Below are positions 27,907 to 38,807 of a stretch of 41,905 nt of DNA, piece after piece. The notes under the pieces are model-generated. The model was not told the origin of the DNA and searched no databases. It worked only from the letters and a program-made list of their open reading frames with translations. Made by a program: the position numbers and the translations under genes. Numbering within the stretch: the stretch's first letter is position 1; each line of letters begins with the position of its first letter. The stretch lies in assembly GCA_002428905.1 (NCBI GenBank), contig DIYD01000048.1:1-41905 (forward strand), read 5' to 3'. Source of the stretch: Bacteroidetes bacterium UBA6063. Its GTDB lineage: Bacteria; Bacteroidota; Bacteroidia; NS11-12g; UBA9320.

Positions 27907-30771
27907 TCAAATCTTTATCAACTTAAAGCTGTGTGTTTCATTTACGCGTAATATGTAAATGCCCGGCGTATACTCGGATACATCTAATGTAAGCGCATTT
28001 GATTTAACGGTTCGACTTTCCAGCAACTGACCGCTCAGATTATACAGATCAACCTGCATCGGTCTTCCATTATATTCTTCATTTGAAACAACTACGGCCT
28101 CTCCTTCTGTTGGATTTGGGAAAACACTGATAATATCATCGTTGTCGACATCTTGCGTGTTCTCAGGAACCTCAATGTAATGAAGCTCTCGTCCAATTTC
28201 CGGTCTGCTCGCCGTGAAATACAAACGATCACCTACCCGTTTAAAATCTTCAGGTTTGGAATCACCTTCTCCCGGGTTCAAATCTTCTACCATATAAGTG
28301 GAGTCTATGGTGCCATCGCTTCGCCATAATTCGAATCCGGCAGTACCATCTGATCCTGAGAAAAAGATGTCGCTATTTACACCAGTAGCCTGTAAGGGGC
28401 GTATACGAACGAACTTATTGGGTGGTCCCATGCGCATTTCGTCATTTCCTTGATACACCCAAATATTGGTGGTATTAAAAAGATTATTGTTGGTAAGGAA
28501 GTACATCTTATCACCTGCCGCGGTTAGATGTGCACTGCGCGGGCCCTGCAGTGTTGTACCTACTTTCACCGTTCCTTCCCGACTTCCGTTGGTCCGCCAA
28601 ACGCCAACTTCGCCATTCCTTTCTGTACCTATAAAATGTACCTCATTGTTATAGACGGTGAAATTCTGAGGAGTTGCCTTACCGGCATGATCCATAAATC
28701 TGGCCTTTCCAAAGCCAAGGTCTGCAGTCCAAAGCACCTTTCCAGATCTGGTTTCGACGTCGAAGAATAGGTTACCATAGTGCTCGATAAACGCATTAGT
28801 AGTCGCTACTTCTGGACAGGGACAAAACTGTTGTAGCGCATATGTACCGGTTGCAGTACCGTCGCTTACCCAAATCTTAAAGGACGTATTGGATAAAACC
28901 TCAAAGACATATACCCATGCACCGCGGCCGGAGAACAACTTGATTTCAGCGCCCCTGGAGAAATTTACCACGCGTTTTGTACCCTGCCTTGTACCATTGC
29001 TCACCCAAAGCTCTAGTGCATTCCCCCGCACTACAGTGAAAAATGCCTGTCTACCCTGTGAAACCATATGGCGAAACTCAGAGCTTTCAGCTCCGGGTGT
29101 AAACTCCATTAACATTTTGGTCGATTGTTTCGTCCCCTCGGTTACCCACAACTCTCTGCCATTCACCGAGTCACTTGCCGTAAATAATATCCGTTGATTT
29201 ACATAGGTTAAATCGTTCGGAAAGCCAGACATGGGGCCTGGAGCGATGTCCAACAACATCTCTGCGCCTGTTGATGTACTTCTCCATAATTCTTGGCCAT
29301 GAATTCCATCATTTGCCGAAAATATCAATTGATCATTCAACGCAGTTAACTCCCTTGCACTGCAACCAGCTTCCACATAGTTCAGATTCTTTAGCATGGA
29401 AATAGAATCGTTGGAGTAGTCCACTTTCCATAGTTCATTTCCATTGACTGCGTCTCTTGCGGCAAAATAGAAGGCATTTTTATACCGGGTGCCCCAATAC
29501 AATTGCGGATACTGGCCTGCACGAAAGTCCTTATCGACACGCACTTCGTGTTCCGCAGAATCAACACTGGCCAAAAAACCGACTTCATCGTCTTTGCGAA
29601 GAAAAAACCACAACCGTTCACCGTCAGAAATCAGTTTGGGGTAACGTGCCAACTCCAGACCTGAAGTAGCATATGACGTCGAAATGTATTCGGCCTTTGC
29701 CCTTATACCATCTTCATTAATACGCCAAAGGCCCTGAATCCCTGTGTTGGTTTTCGCATAAAAATAAACCTCTCCTTTGTGTTGTGCGAGATTGCTAATT
29801 TCCGTTGTCCAGACAAGTGGGTAGGTGCCCGCTCGGGTTCCGTCGGTACGCCAGAGTTCTTTCCCGGCAACAAAGTCATAAACGGTGAAGTAAAGCAGGT
29901 CTTTAGGGTTACCGCTTTGCTCAGCACGAACAAATACCGAGTCTCGTACGTCATTCTCATTCAGTATTCTCGTTGCCACAATTCCTGTGCTGTCGGTTCG
30001 CCAAATAGAGGAACCAGAGGTGGCACTATCCATGCCTTCAAAATAAAACGTGTTATTGCTTCCGGAGATGAATCGAAGCATTCGAACGGAGGTATTGAAG
30101 GTATCTCTAACCTTAGCCATATGCTTTTCGGCATTCATATACCATAGCTGTGTGCCCAGACCTTTGCTGAAAATCCCCATGTACATCAGAGCACCGTTTA
30201 CCTTCAAATCGACAGGGACCACCTCTTCACTGAATTGCAATGCCTTTAATGTTATTGCAGAATCTTTCGACACGTTGGTCTTCCAGATATACGTAATACC
30301 ATCGCTAACCTGTTCGGCAATGAAGTATAAATCATGTTGAAATACCACAAGTGCCTTAGGATTCATAAAACCCTTACCTACTCCTTTTATCTGATACGTG
30401 CCAGATGCCGTTCCATCACTTAACCATACCTCATGTCCGGTCTCTCCATAAATCACAGAAAAGGCCAGTTTATCATCCAATCTCTGAAGATTTATTGGGG
30501 TAGAAGACCGAATACCTGGTGCTATATCTCGAACCAAATAAGGCGTTTCTGTTTTTGCGTCCATTACCCATAGCTCCCGACCGTGCTGATGGGTATTTGC
30601 ACTGAAATAAAGGAGGTCACCTACAGCAACAAATGTACTTGGCGTGGAGGAAGCATCCGCGTCTGTTTTACGTATGTTCTTGACCAAATGAATCTTCTGA
30701 CCGATTGCTGTTCCCGCAAAAAGAAATACCGTGATGAGAAGGAAGATGAGTTTAGTTATTGGTTTATTCAT
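27907..30771 (-). CDS. ELWxxDGT-repeat protein with a T9SS CTD
   Basis: Repeats ELWRTDGT, ELWVTEGT and ELWRSDGT; signal peptide; VFPNPTEG..GIYILRV. Confidence 0.9.
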   Translation of the reverse strand: MNKPITKLIFLLITVFLFAGTAIGQKIHLVKNIRKTDADASSTPSTFVAVGDLLYFSANTHQHGRELWVMDAKTETPYLVRDIAPGIRSSTPINLQRLDDKLAFSVIYGETGHEVWLSDGTASGTYQIKGVGKGFMNPKALVVFQHDLYFIAEQVSDGITYIWKTNVSKDSAITLKALQFSEEVVPVDLKVNGALMYMGIFSKGLGTQLWYMNAEKHMAKVRDTFNTSVRMLRFISGSNNTFYFEGMDSATSGSSIWRTDSTGIVATRILNENDVRDSVFVRAEQSGNPKDLLYFTVYDFVAGKELWRTDGTRAGTYPLVWTTEISNLAQHKGEVYFYAKTNTGIQGLWRINEDGIRAKAEYISTSYATSGLELARYPKLISDGERLWFFLRKDDEVGFLASVDSAEHEVRVDKDFRAGQYPQLYWGTRYKNAFYFAARDAVNGNELWKVDYSNDSISMLKNLNYVEAGCSARELTALNDQLIFSANDGIHGQELWRSTSTGAEMLLDIAPGPMSGFPNDLTYVNQRILFTASDSVNGRELWVTEGTKQSTKMLMEFTPGAESSEFRHMVSQGRQAFFTVVRGNALELWVSNGTRQGTKRVVNFSRGAEIKLFSGRGAWVYVFEVLSNTSFKIWVSDGTATGTYALQQFCPCPEVATTNAFIEHYGNLFFDVETRSGKVLWTADLGFGKARFMDHAGKATPQNFTVYNNEVHFIGTERNGEVGVWRTNGSREGTVKVGTTLQGPRSAHLTAAGDKMYFLTNNNLFNTTNIWVYQGNDEMRMGPPNKFVRIRPLQATGVNSDIFFSGSDGTAGFELWRSDGTIDSTYMVEDLNPGEGDSKPEDFKRVGDRLYFTASRPEIGRELHYIEVPENTQDVDNDDIISVFPNPTEGEAVVVSNEEYNGRPMQVDLYNLSGQLLESRTVKSNALTLDVSEYTPGIYILRVNETHSFKLIKI

Positions 30772-30821
30772 ATGGTCTTTGTACTGCGTAAGATTACACT
30801 TTGTAACAGATTAGCACAGAA

Positions 30822-31655
30822 TCAAAACTTCCCGGGTCTATACTTTGCACCCAGGACAAACGTGTTCGTCTTGTTCACGAAATTAGTAGATCCACCGAGA
30901 ATGGCCTGGTAACCAAAACCTCTTTTGAGATCAACACCAACCGTCCAATGCTCTCCAACAATGCGGTGCAGTCCGTACGGCACAAAAACTCGATTGTAAA
31001 CGACAGGTTTAGCAATAAAGCGCTGTGTTTTTTCTTCAAAACTTTCCTGTGTTGAAGGATGTTCACCGGGCGCAAAGTACCTGCCCTCAATAAGTAACAT
31101 TTCATTACTAAACGAAACACTTGCATTCGTACCCGCTCCAATATACCAGAACCATTTCTTGTTCGCTCCCCAACGACCGTTCCACATATACGCCAATTCA
31201 AACGTAAATTCATTATGCAGATTGCAGTAAACGATGGACGTGTCCAGTTCCTTATTCTTGTACGAAATCATAGACTCCTTGGGACTATGCATACCAATAC
31301 CAAAGCGTAATTCCTGGTTATTCAGGTAGCTGTTCGTTTTACTATTCCATGGCGAATAACTTCGGTTAACGTATAGCCCAAGCCCCGTGGAAGACGTATT
31401 GATTTCTTCTGTCATACCTGATAAATCCCTACGCAAGGCATCCGGATTTTCCGCGGTAGCCAACAGATTGTTCAGCGACATGCGATAGAAATGATCTGTG
31501 GCTATACCAATACCAACGTCAAACTGATTGTACCGCCATTTTTTAACCCGATCGGTTTGTGCATTATCCGAGGATTGACTATAAACAGGTAGCATCAAAC
31601 TGCTCAGTAGTAGAGCAAGAAACAGTTTTTGGAGGGTGACAATGGAAGAATTCAT
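30822..31655 (-). CDS. Hypothetical exported protein, probable outer-membrane beta-barrel
   Basis: Signal peptide; strands WYIGAGTNASV, WTVGVD and FVLGAKYR. Confidence 0.65.
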   Translation of the reverse strand: MNSSIVTLQKLFLALLLSSLMLPVYSQSSDNAQTDRVKKWRYNQFDVGIGIATDHFYRMSLNNLLATAENPDALRRDLSGMTEEINTSSTGLGLYVNRSYSPWNSKTNSYLNNQELRFGIGMHSPKESMISYKNKELDTSIVYCNLHNEFTFELAYMWNGRWGANKKWFWYIGAGTNASVSFSNEMLLIEGRYFAPGEHPSTQESFEEKTQRFIAKPVVYNRVFVPYGLHRIVGEHWTVGVDLKRGFGYQAILGGSTNFVNKTNTFVLGAKYRPGKF

Positions 31656-31923
31656 ACGATTGAAATTGCCTATCGAATGTACGACTTTTCCTGCGTATTC
31701 CTCTGCAATTGGTGTATTTCAGGGTTACCGAAAGGTTATCGGCATAACGCCAGCACAATTTTTTATTGGGGTTAAGTTAACACAACGGCACTCCTATCTC
31801 AAGGAGCGTATAAACCCTGCATAGAATCTAATTAAAGCACAATCCAAGGGACAGGTTTATATAATCTGGGTAAAGGAATATTGACGTTGCCTACTTCGGA
31901 TTAGGCCTTAATACACTTCACGA

Positions 31924-34287
31924 ATGTTTATCTCTAGAATTACTCACCTATCCCTTTTTATAATCTCCTTATGCAGTATTGCAAAAGCACAAACCGTTGT
32001 AATCAGTCAATATGTAGAAGCCTGCAGTGGGACTACTCCAAAATCCATTGAGCTTTGGAACCCAACAGGTACCGATATTGACATGAGTGTCACCCCAATT
32101 GTGGTGCTCAAAGGAACAAACGGCAATACGCCGTCTGCAGATATTACGATCAACTCTGGAACGCTTAAGGCGGGAGAGGTACTTATCGTAGGCACCACAG
32201 ACACCACTGGAACTACATGCCATACCTATGTATCCAAGTCCTTCACATTCAATGGAGACGATGCGCTTCAAGTGACGCTTGATGGTGTTTTAACCGATGT
32301 ATTTGGCAATCCGGGTAGTGACCCCGGATCTGCATGGTCGGGTGGTGGTGTATCCACACGAAACAGCAATATTCAACTTAAATCCGGAATCACCACAGGT
32401 GACACCTTTGGATGGACTGATCCCAGCACACGCTTTGAACTTGTAAGCGGCACATGTGGATTAACCGGTTTTGGTATTCCTCCGGGTGGTTGCAGCTCAA
32501 CACCTGTTCTTACAAGTGATGTCAGCAGCATTACCAGTATCAACTACCCTTCCGCACACGGTGGGCCTTCAGACCCCAGGACAATTACGTTGACCGGAGA
32601 TCATCTGGGAACAGCTCAGGCAACCGTTACTGCTCCTGGTGACTTTGAGGTTTCGACTACCCTTGGTGGGTCGTATTCGTCTTCCTTTCTTATCTCCCCT
32701 GTTTCTGAAGCCATTAACCAAACCTTTTATGTGCGTTTGAAGTCAGGCAAATCATTAGGTGCCTATTCAGGCAATCTGAGTATAACCCACGATTCGGTAT
32801 CTACCCTTACCATAGCCCTATCTGGGTCGGTCACTACCGGTAACGACACCATAAAATCAGTGAACTATAACCTGTTACAATATCCAGGGAGCACGGGTCA
32901 GAGTAGAAACACGTACATCCGTGCCATTTTAACCGAAATGAATCCACACATTATTTCATTTAATGAGGTTTCTGGCGGGACTTCGTCTTTCAACACCATT
33001 AGAGATAGTCTCGTAAAAGAAGCCTTACCCCATTTCAACGCCGGAACGTTTATACAGTCGACCAATGATATGAGCAGTGCGCTTTTTTACGATTCCACCC
33101 GGTTTCGTTTTGTAAGTAATACACCTATCGTCACTACCCTTAGAGATATCTCTGAATATACCCTAATCCACCTGTACGCACTAGACACGTTTCGAGTGTA
33201 TGTTGTTCACCTTAAAGCTTCTACCGGATCATCAAACGAACTTCAACGCGCTGCAGAAGTGCATGAACTTCGTTCCGTAACCGATGCCTTGCCGAACGGT
33301 TCATTCTTTGTTGTTCAGGGCGACTTCAACATCTATAATTCGGATGAGGATGCGTACGATTCGTTGGTGACGGAAACGACCGGAGTGGAAGGCCATGTAG
33401 TTGACCCTATAACTATGGTTCATACAACCAACTGGAACAATGCTTCTAATGCGATATACCACACTCAATCGACGCGAACGCGCTCTTTTGGTGGGGGGGC
33501 TACCGGAGGTCTTGATGACCGGTTTGATATGGTCTTGCATTCCAAGGCATTGTCAACTGTTTCAGATGTATATTTCCTCAACGGCAGCTACCGGGCTTAT
33601 GGAAATGACGGTAATCATTACAATGATTCCATAAACAGTGGTTCCAACGACTCGGTATCAAGCAATATAGCCGAGGCACTGCATCTGGCTTCGGATCACC
33701 TACCTGTATTGAGTGAGTTTGTATTTGAAGATGGCGGAACCACACTCCCGGTTTCTTATACCCGATTCCGTGGATATATGCTCGATAATAAAATGGTAGA
33801 ATTACAATGGACTACCGCTTCGGAAATGGCCAATTCAGGTTTTGAGGTACAAAGACGAACGGCTCAAGGTGCGTGGAAGGTAATTGGTTTTATGGATGGA
33901 AATGGAACCACCTCAACCTTGTCGGATTACACCTTTGTTGACGATGAAGTGCTAAATGATGTACGCTATTACAGACTGCGACAAATTGACTATAATGGAC
34001 GGTATGAATTTTCGCGTACGGTTCGGGTAAAGGCATTGGAAAGCTTTTCTACGTTCAACATTTTTCCAAACCCATTCACCGACCAACTCACCGTTCAGGT
34101 TGGGCGCGAGTTGGACACAGAGGTGCGCATCGGGTTAACTGATCTTTCCGGTCGCACCATAGCAATAGACACTGAAGTCACTGACAGCGAATTTACCTTA
34201 CATATTGAAGACGTTGAACCTGGCATCTATGCATTAACCATTGCTATCGGCCCTGAGGTCAACTATGTTAAGGTGATTCGAGAGTAG
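31924..34287 (+). CDS. Lamin-tail-domain plus endonuclease/exonuclease/phosphatase (EEP) protein with a T9SS CTD
   Basis: ISQYVE..SIELWN..FNGDDA (LTD); NYNLL, NEV, VHLKA, GDFN and SDHLPV (EEP); LPV..WTTASE..FEVQR, IFPNPF. Confidence 0.88.
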   Translation: MFISRITHLSLFIISLCSIAKAQTVVISQYVEACSGTTPKSIELWNPTGTDIDMSVTPIVVLKGTNGNTPSADITINSGTLKAGEVLIVGTTDTTGTTCHTYVSKSFTFNGDDALQVTLDGVLTDVFGNPGSDPGSAWSGGGVSTRNSNIQLKSGITTGDTFGWTDPSTRFELVSGTCGLTGFGIPPGGCSSTPVLTSDVSSITSINYPSAHGGPSDPRTITLTGDHLGTAQATVTAPGDFEVSTTLGGSYSSSFLISPVSEAINQTFYVRLKSGKSLGAYSGNLSITHDSVSTLTIALSGSVTTGNDTIKSVNYNLLQYPGSTGQSRNTYIRAILTEMNPHIISFNEVSGGTSSFNTIRDSLVKEALPHFNAGTFIQSTNDMSSALFYDSTRFRFVSNTPIVTTLRDISEYTLIHLYALDTFRVYVVHLKASTGSSNELQRAAEVHELRSVTDALPNGSFFVVQGDFNIYNSDEDAYDSLVTETTGVEGHVVDPITMVHTTNWNNASNAIYHTQSTRTRSFGGGATGGLDDRFDMVLHSKALSTVSDVYFLNGSYRAYGNDGNHYNDSINSGSNDSVSSNIAEALHLASDHLPVLSEFVFEDGGTTLPVSYTRFRGYMLDNKMVELQWTTASEMANSGFEVQRRTAQGAWKVIGFMDGNGTTSTLSDYTFVDDEVLNDVRYYRLRQIDYNGRYEFSRTVRVKALESFSTFNIFPNPFTDQLTVQVGRELDTEVRIGLTDLSGRTIAIDTEVTDSEFTLHIEDVEPGIYALTIAIGPEVNYVKVIRE

Positions 34288-34348
34288 GAGACCTACCACA
34301 GTGCTTTCGGTCAGGTTTAATTTCATATATTGCCACAAAGTGCGATGA

Positions 34349-35641
34349 ATGAATAAACTTTACCTCTGGACAGCTACCGTGGCCCTGGCGGGTTTCTTGT
34401 TTGGTTTTGACACCATTGTTATTTCCGGTGCCGATCAGCAATTGCAAACCTTATGGCAGTCCACAGATTTGTTTCACGGTGCTGTTGTTATGTCAATGGC
34501 GTTGTGGGGCACCGTGCTTGGAGCCATATTCGGAGGCATTCCAACGAATACATATGGACGTAAAAATACCCTAATCGGTATTGGGTTATTGTTCTTCGTT
34601 TCTGCCGTAGGTTCGGCCCTGGCAAACGACGCCTACGTTTTTGCTTTCTTCCGGTTTATTGGTGGATTAGGTGTTGGGGCTTCGACAATTGCAGCTCCTG
34701 CTTACATTTCTGAGATCTCACCTGCAGACAAACGAGGTAGACTGGTTGCAACATATCAACTGAGCATTGTAATTGGCATATTGGCTGCCTTCTTGTCAAA
34801 CTACCTGTTGCGAAACCTTGGTGATCAGGCATGGCGATGGATGATTGGCATGGAAGCTTTCCCGGCACTGGTTTATGCCGTTATTGTTAATTATGTACCG
34901 AAGAGCCCTCGATGGCTCGTTATTCAAAACCGGTTGGATGAGGCCAAACAAACCCTTACCAAAACGCACCCTGGGCAAGACGCGGACGCATTCATAGCAG
35001 CAATAAACCACGCCAATTCTAAAGGTCAAAACACCTTATTTAACCGTTCTAACCAACGGTTGGTTTGGTTGGTATTCTTCATTGCCTTCTTCAATCAGTT
35101 CTCAGGCATCAACGCTTTGTTGTATTACAGTCCGCGCATATTTGAAGCAGCGGGTTTGGGCACGAGCACCGCATTTTTAAGTAGTGTAGGAATTGGTGTG
35201 GTGAATGTGGTTTTCACGCTCGTTGGCATGGCACTCATCGATAAAATGGGTCGTAAACCGTTGATGTACATCGGCTCTATTGGATACATTGTCTCGCTTG
35301 GTTTAGTGGCACTATCTTTCTTTTTAAACTGGGGAGGACTTGCCGTACCCATATTTCTCTTCCTGTTCATAGGGGCTCATGCCGTTGGCCAGGGTGCAGT
35401 GATTTGGGTCTTTCTGGCCGAATTGTTTCCGACAGGCATACGCGCATCGGGTCAGGCCTTTGGCTCATCGGTACACTGGGTATTGGCCGCCATCATTCCT
35501 TCTTTAATCCCGTATGCGTTCACCACATTTAGTCCTGCGGTGGTGTTCCTTTTCTTTGCAATTATGATGGTTGGTCAGCTGTATTGGGTATACCGCTATA
35601 TGCCAGAGACTAAAGGGAAGCTTTCAGAACAGGGGACTTAG
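34349..35641 (+). CDS. MFS sugar porter
   Basis: GFLFGFDT, YGRK, PAYISEISPADKRG, PKSPRWL, NQFSGINALLYY, DKMGRK and PETKG. Confidence 0.93.
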   Translation: MNKLYLWTATVALAGFLFGFDTIVISGADQQLQTLWQSTDLFHGAVVMSMALWGTVLGAIFGGIPTNTYGRKNTLIGIGLLFFVSAVGSALANDAYVFAFFRFIGGLGVGASTIAAPAYISEISPADKRGRLVATYQLSIVIGILAAFLSNYLLRNLGDQAWRWMIGMEAFPALVYAVIVNYVPKSPRWLVIQNRLDEAKQTLTKTHPGQDADAFIAAINHANSKGQNTLFNRSNQRLVWLVFFIAFFNQFSGINALLYYSPRIFEAAGLGTSTAFLSSVGIGVVNVVFTLVGMALIDKMGRKPLMYIGSIGYIVSLGLVALSFFLNWGGLAVPIFLFLFIGAHAVGQGAVIWVFLAELFPTGIRASGQAFGSSVHWVLAAIIPSLIPYAFTTFSPAVVFLFFAIMMVGQLYWVYRYMPETKGKLSEQGT

Positions 35642-38610
35642 AACTTCAGGAACTTCTTGACACCCATTCCTTTTAACTCGGCCACGTACGCACCCGATTC
35701 AAATTCACTCATGTCGATTACAACAAGGGATTCGTTGGTTGATTTTTCATAAATGGTTTGTCCCATGATGTTATAAACAACCACAGTATACCAATCATCT
35801 TTCCGGTTATCCCATTTCAATGTAACTCGATCGTTTGTTGGATTTGGATATAAAACAAAAGACTCTTCCTCCTCTTCTTCCCCAATCGGGTTTTGTGCAG
35901 GAGGTGTGTAGTTGGGATCGGTTATGTAATACGCCTCCATACCATATTTCGGGTCGGTCGCAGCAAAATACAAACGGTTACCCACAGCGGTAAGCTGGTT
36001 TGGGGCAGATGACAGGTTGCCTGGAGCGATATCATGAACAAGCTTTGCTTCGGTATACGATGGATGGTATTTCCAGAGCTCCATACCATAGGTATCGTTC
36101 ATCGCTGAGAAATATAGCGTATCGTTTAATGCAGTGAGTTGTCGAGGAGACGAATGAGCAGTACCCGGATTTATGTCTGTTACACGCACCGTGCCTCCCT
36201 TCGTACCATCGGTTTTCCATACCTCTTGCCCATAGCTTGGATGATACGCAGTAAAGTAAAGCTCATTATTGATTATAGCACCTTCTATTGGGCTGGAGCT
36301 TCCGCTACCGTAATTCAGATCTTTTACCAGTGAGGTTCCCGATCTTGTACCGTCGGTTCGCCACAACTCCCTGCCTTGTTCAAGCGACTGCGCACCAAAC
36401 ATCATATAGCCATTGATCTTGCCCAGAAATGTTGGGTTTGAGCTACGATTGGTGTTAATATCCTTCACCATGTACGTACCCGATTTCGTGCCATCGGTTC
36501 GCCATAATTCCATTCCGTCTCTATTGTTGTGCGCAGAGAAAAACAGCTGGCCAGAGTCAATGCCGCGTGGGTCCAGAAAACTAATTCCGGTACAGGTACC
36601 CGGGCACAGGTCTTTAACCATTACGCTCCCGTTTTCTGTTCCATCACTTGTGTAAAGCTCCGTGCCATTTTCCACGGTGTTCATGAGATAAAAGAGCTTG
36701 TTATCGGTGGCCACCATGGTATTCATAAACGACCGTTGTGTCTCTCCCCAGAGTGATTTTACGCGTTTCGTGGTCTCCGCCGTACCCTTCGTTCGATACA
36801 ATTCTGCGTGGCCCCAGAACTCGTTGTTCACTCCAAAATATAGCACGTTGTCGTATATATTAAAATGTGCGGGCGTAGAATTGAAGCTACCCTCCATGAT
36901 GTCTTTAACCATATAGGTGTTTTCCATCGTTCCATCGGTATACCAGAGCTCTGTACCATGTTTTTCGGTAAAAGCAGAAAAATACAGCCCACCGTTGTAG
37001 AACACCGAGTGCAATAATCCCGGAACCGGGCTATTGTTCGGATCATCTTCATCTACAAGCAGCACCGTGCTCTCTTCGTCGCCTTTGGTAGATACCATTA
37101 CCCGCTGCTGGTCAACCATAGCGGAGAACACAACATATTCACCTACCTGAGAAAACCCATTGGGGTGGGAATCCTCGGTCTGTTTATTAATGTTCAGTAG
37201 CATTTTTGTACCCGACTCTGTACCATCCGAAACCCAGGGTTCATAACCATGCAGGCCATCTAACGCTGTAAAATGTATCCGATTGTTTGACGCATAGATC
37301 ATGGATATATGTGTAGCCATATCGGGATTGACCTGAGAAATAAGCTCCGTTCCGGATGCCGTGCCATCTGAAACCCATAAGGTTCCATTACCCATCTGGT
37401 CGTGAACGCTAAAGTACAACTTGCCATTCATTTGTGCATCGTAGAACAGATTGCTTACAAACGTATTGTTTCCAGGTATAATGTCTTTGACCATTTGGGT
37501 TCCCGCTGTTGTTCCATCCGTTTTCCAGAGTTCGTATCCGTGGACACCATCGTTCGCAATAAAGTAAAGCAAGTTCCCTACCTGCTGATAACGCCCTTGA
37601 ATTACGCCGGTTCCACTTTGAGGGAGTATGTCTTTCAGCAATACTGTACCGGAAGAAGTTCCGTCGCTACGCCATAATTCTACACCATAGGCACTGGTAT
37701 ATTGACTGAAGACCAATGTTTGACCCAGCATATGTAACCCGGAAGGCCCGTTTATTGTACCCGGAGAATTTGGGATCACTTTGCGCGTTCCTTGTGCCGT
37801 TCCATTGGTTTTATATATCTCGTAACGCATGGTGCTGTCGCGTGCAACGAAATACAACCCGTCATTCGTGGCGGTTAATTGAGATACAAATGAACTTTGG
37901 CCAGGCCATTGGCTTATTCGGATAAAATTAGACGTTCCTGCTTGGGTTCCATCGCTCACCCATAACTCCTGTGATCCAGCCCCATTCAAACTCCTCGCGA
38001 TAAAAAACAGTTTCCCATCGGCCACAACAAGCGTGCTTGGCACACTGCCTGTAGACCCGGGAATTAAATCCAACACATTCGTGCCTGCTGCAGTACCATC
38101 GGTGTACCAGAGTTCACGACCATGGCTTGGTGCATATGCTACAAAGTATATCTTGTCTTTGTAAATTGTAAAATCAGAAGGGGACGCACTATTCCTACCA
38201 CTGGCAATCTCTGTTACCATTTTTGTTCCCGCTTCGGTTCCATCTGTTACCCATAGCTCATGACCATGGGTTGGGTTAGACATAGAGAAATAGAACTTGC
38301 CCTTGTACAACATGGACGATTTGTTATGAGATGTAACGAAAGAGCCCGGTACAAACCGCAGAACCCGTTCCGTTCCGACGGATGTCCCATCCGACTTCCA
38401 TAATTCCATAACACCTGTGTTGTAATTTGTAAAGAAGTAGGTATACTGCCCAAGCGTGAAGTAGTTAAACGCATTGGATCCCTGCCGATTGCTTTCTTTT
38501 TGACTGAGGTCTTTTACAAGATGAACCTCTTGAGATAAACCGTTTGTGGAAACCAGTGCGAACAGCATCAAAATGATCCACGTACAATTAGGGGAAACTC
38601 GAAATCTCAT
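35638..38610 (-). CDS. ELWxxDGT-repeat protein with a T9SS CTD (tandem paralog 1)
   Basis: 990 aa, many ELWxxDGT repeats, LYPNPTN CTD. Confidence 0.92.
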   Translation of the reverse strand: MRFRVSPNCTWIILMLFALVSTNGLSQEVHLVKDLSQKESNRQGSNAFNYFTLGQYTYFFTNYNTGVMELWKSDGTSVGTERVLRFVPGSFVTSHNKSSMLYKGKFYFSMSNPTHGHELWVTDGTEAGTKMVTEIASGRNSASPSDFTIYKDKIYFVAYAPSHGRELWYTDGTAAGTNVLDLIPGSTGSVPSTLVVADGKLFFIARSLNGAGSQELWVSDGTQAGTSNFIRISQWPGQSSFVSQLTATNDGLYFVARDSTMRYEIYKTNGTAQGTRKVIPNSPGTINGPSGLHMLGQTLVFSQYTSAYGVELWRSDGTSSGTVLLKDILPQSGTGVIQGRYQQVGNLLYFIANDGVHGYELWKTDGTTAGTQMVKDIIPGNNTFVSNLFYDAQMNGKLYFSVHDQMGNGTLWVSDGTASGTELISQVNPDMATHISMIYASNNRIHFTALDGLHGYEPWVSDGTESGTKMLLNINKQTEDSHPNGFSQVGEYVVFSAMVDQQRVMVSTKGDEESTVLLVDEDDPNNSPVPGLLHSVFYNGGLYFSAFTEKHGTELWYTDGTMENTYMVKDIMEGSFNSTPAHFNIYDNVLYFGVNNEFWGHAELYRTKGTAETTKRVKSLWGETQRSFMNTMVATDNKLFYLMNTVENGTELYTSDGTENGSVMVKDLCPGTCTGISFLDPRGIDSGQLFFSAHNNRDGMELWRTDGTKSGTYMVKDINTNRSSNPTFLGKINGYMMFGAQSLEQGRELWRTDGTRSGTSLVKDLNYGSGSSSPIEGAIINNELYFTAYHPSYGQEVWKTDGTKGGTVRVTDINPGTAHSSPRQLTALNDTLYFSAMNDTYGMELWKYHPSYTEAKLVHDIAPGNLSSAPNQLTAVGNRLYFAATDPKYGMEAYYITDPNYTPPAQNPIGEEEEEESFVLYPNPTNDRVTLKWDNRKDDWYTVVVYNIMGQTIYEKSTNESLVVIDMSEFESGAYVAELKGMGVKKFLKF

Positions 38611-38807
38611 GACAACCGATTTGTTTTACAGGCTTAATATACCGGAATTTCAATGGCCTCAAGGAGTACAACCCCAATTATGACCACCCGATTACGCTAA
38701 TATAACAAAAGCATCTGCGTACTAGCACTCCTGGCCTGATTTCTTGATGATTTATTTTGTTGTTCCAACAGGCCTAAATCACGGATTACGATTGTAGCGA
38801 TTGTGAT

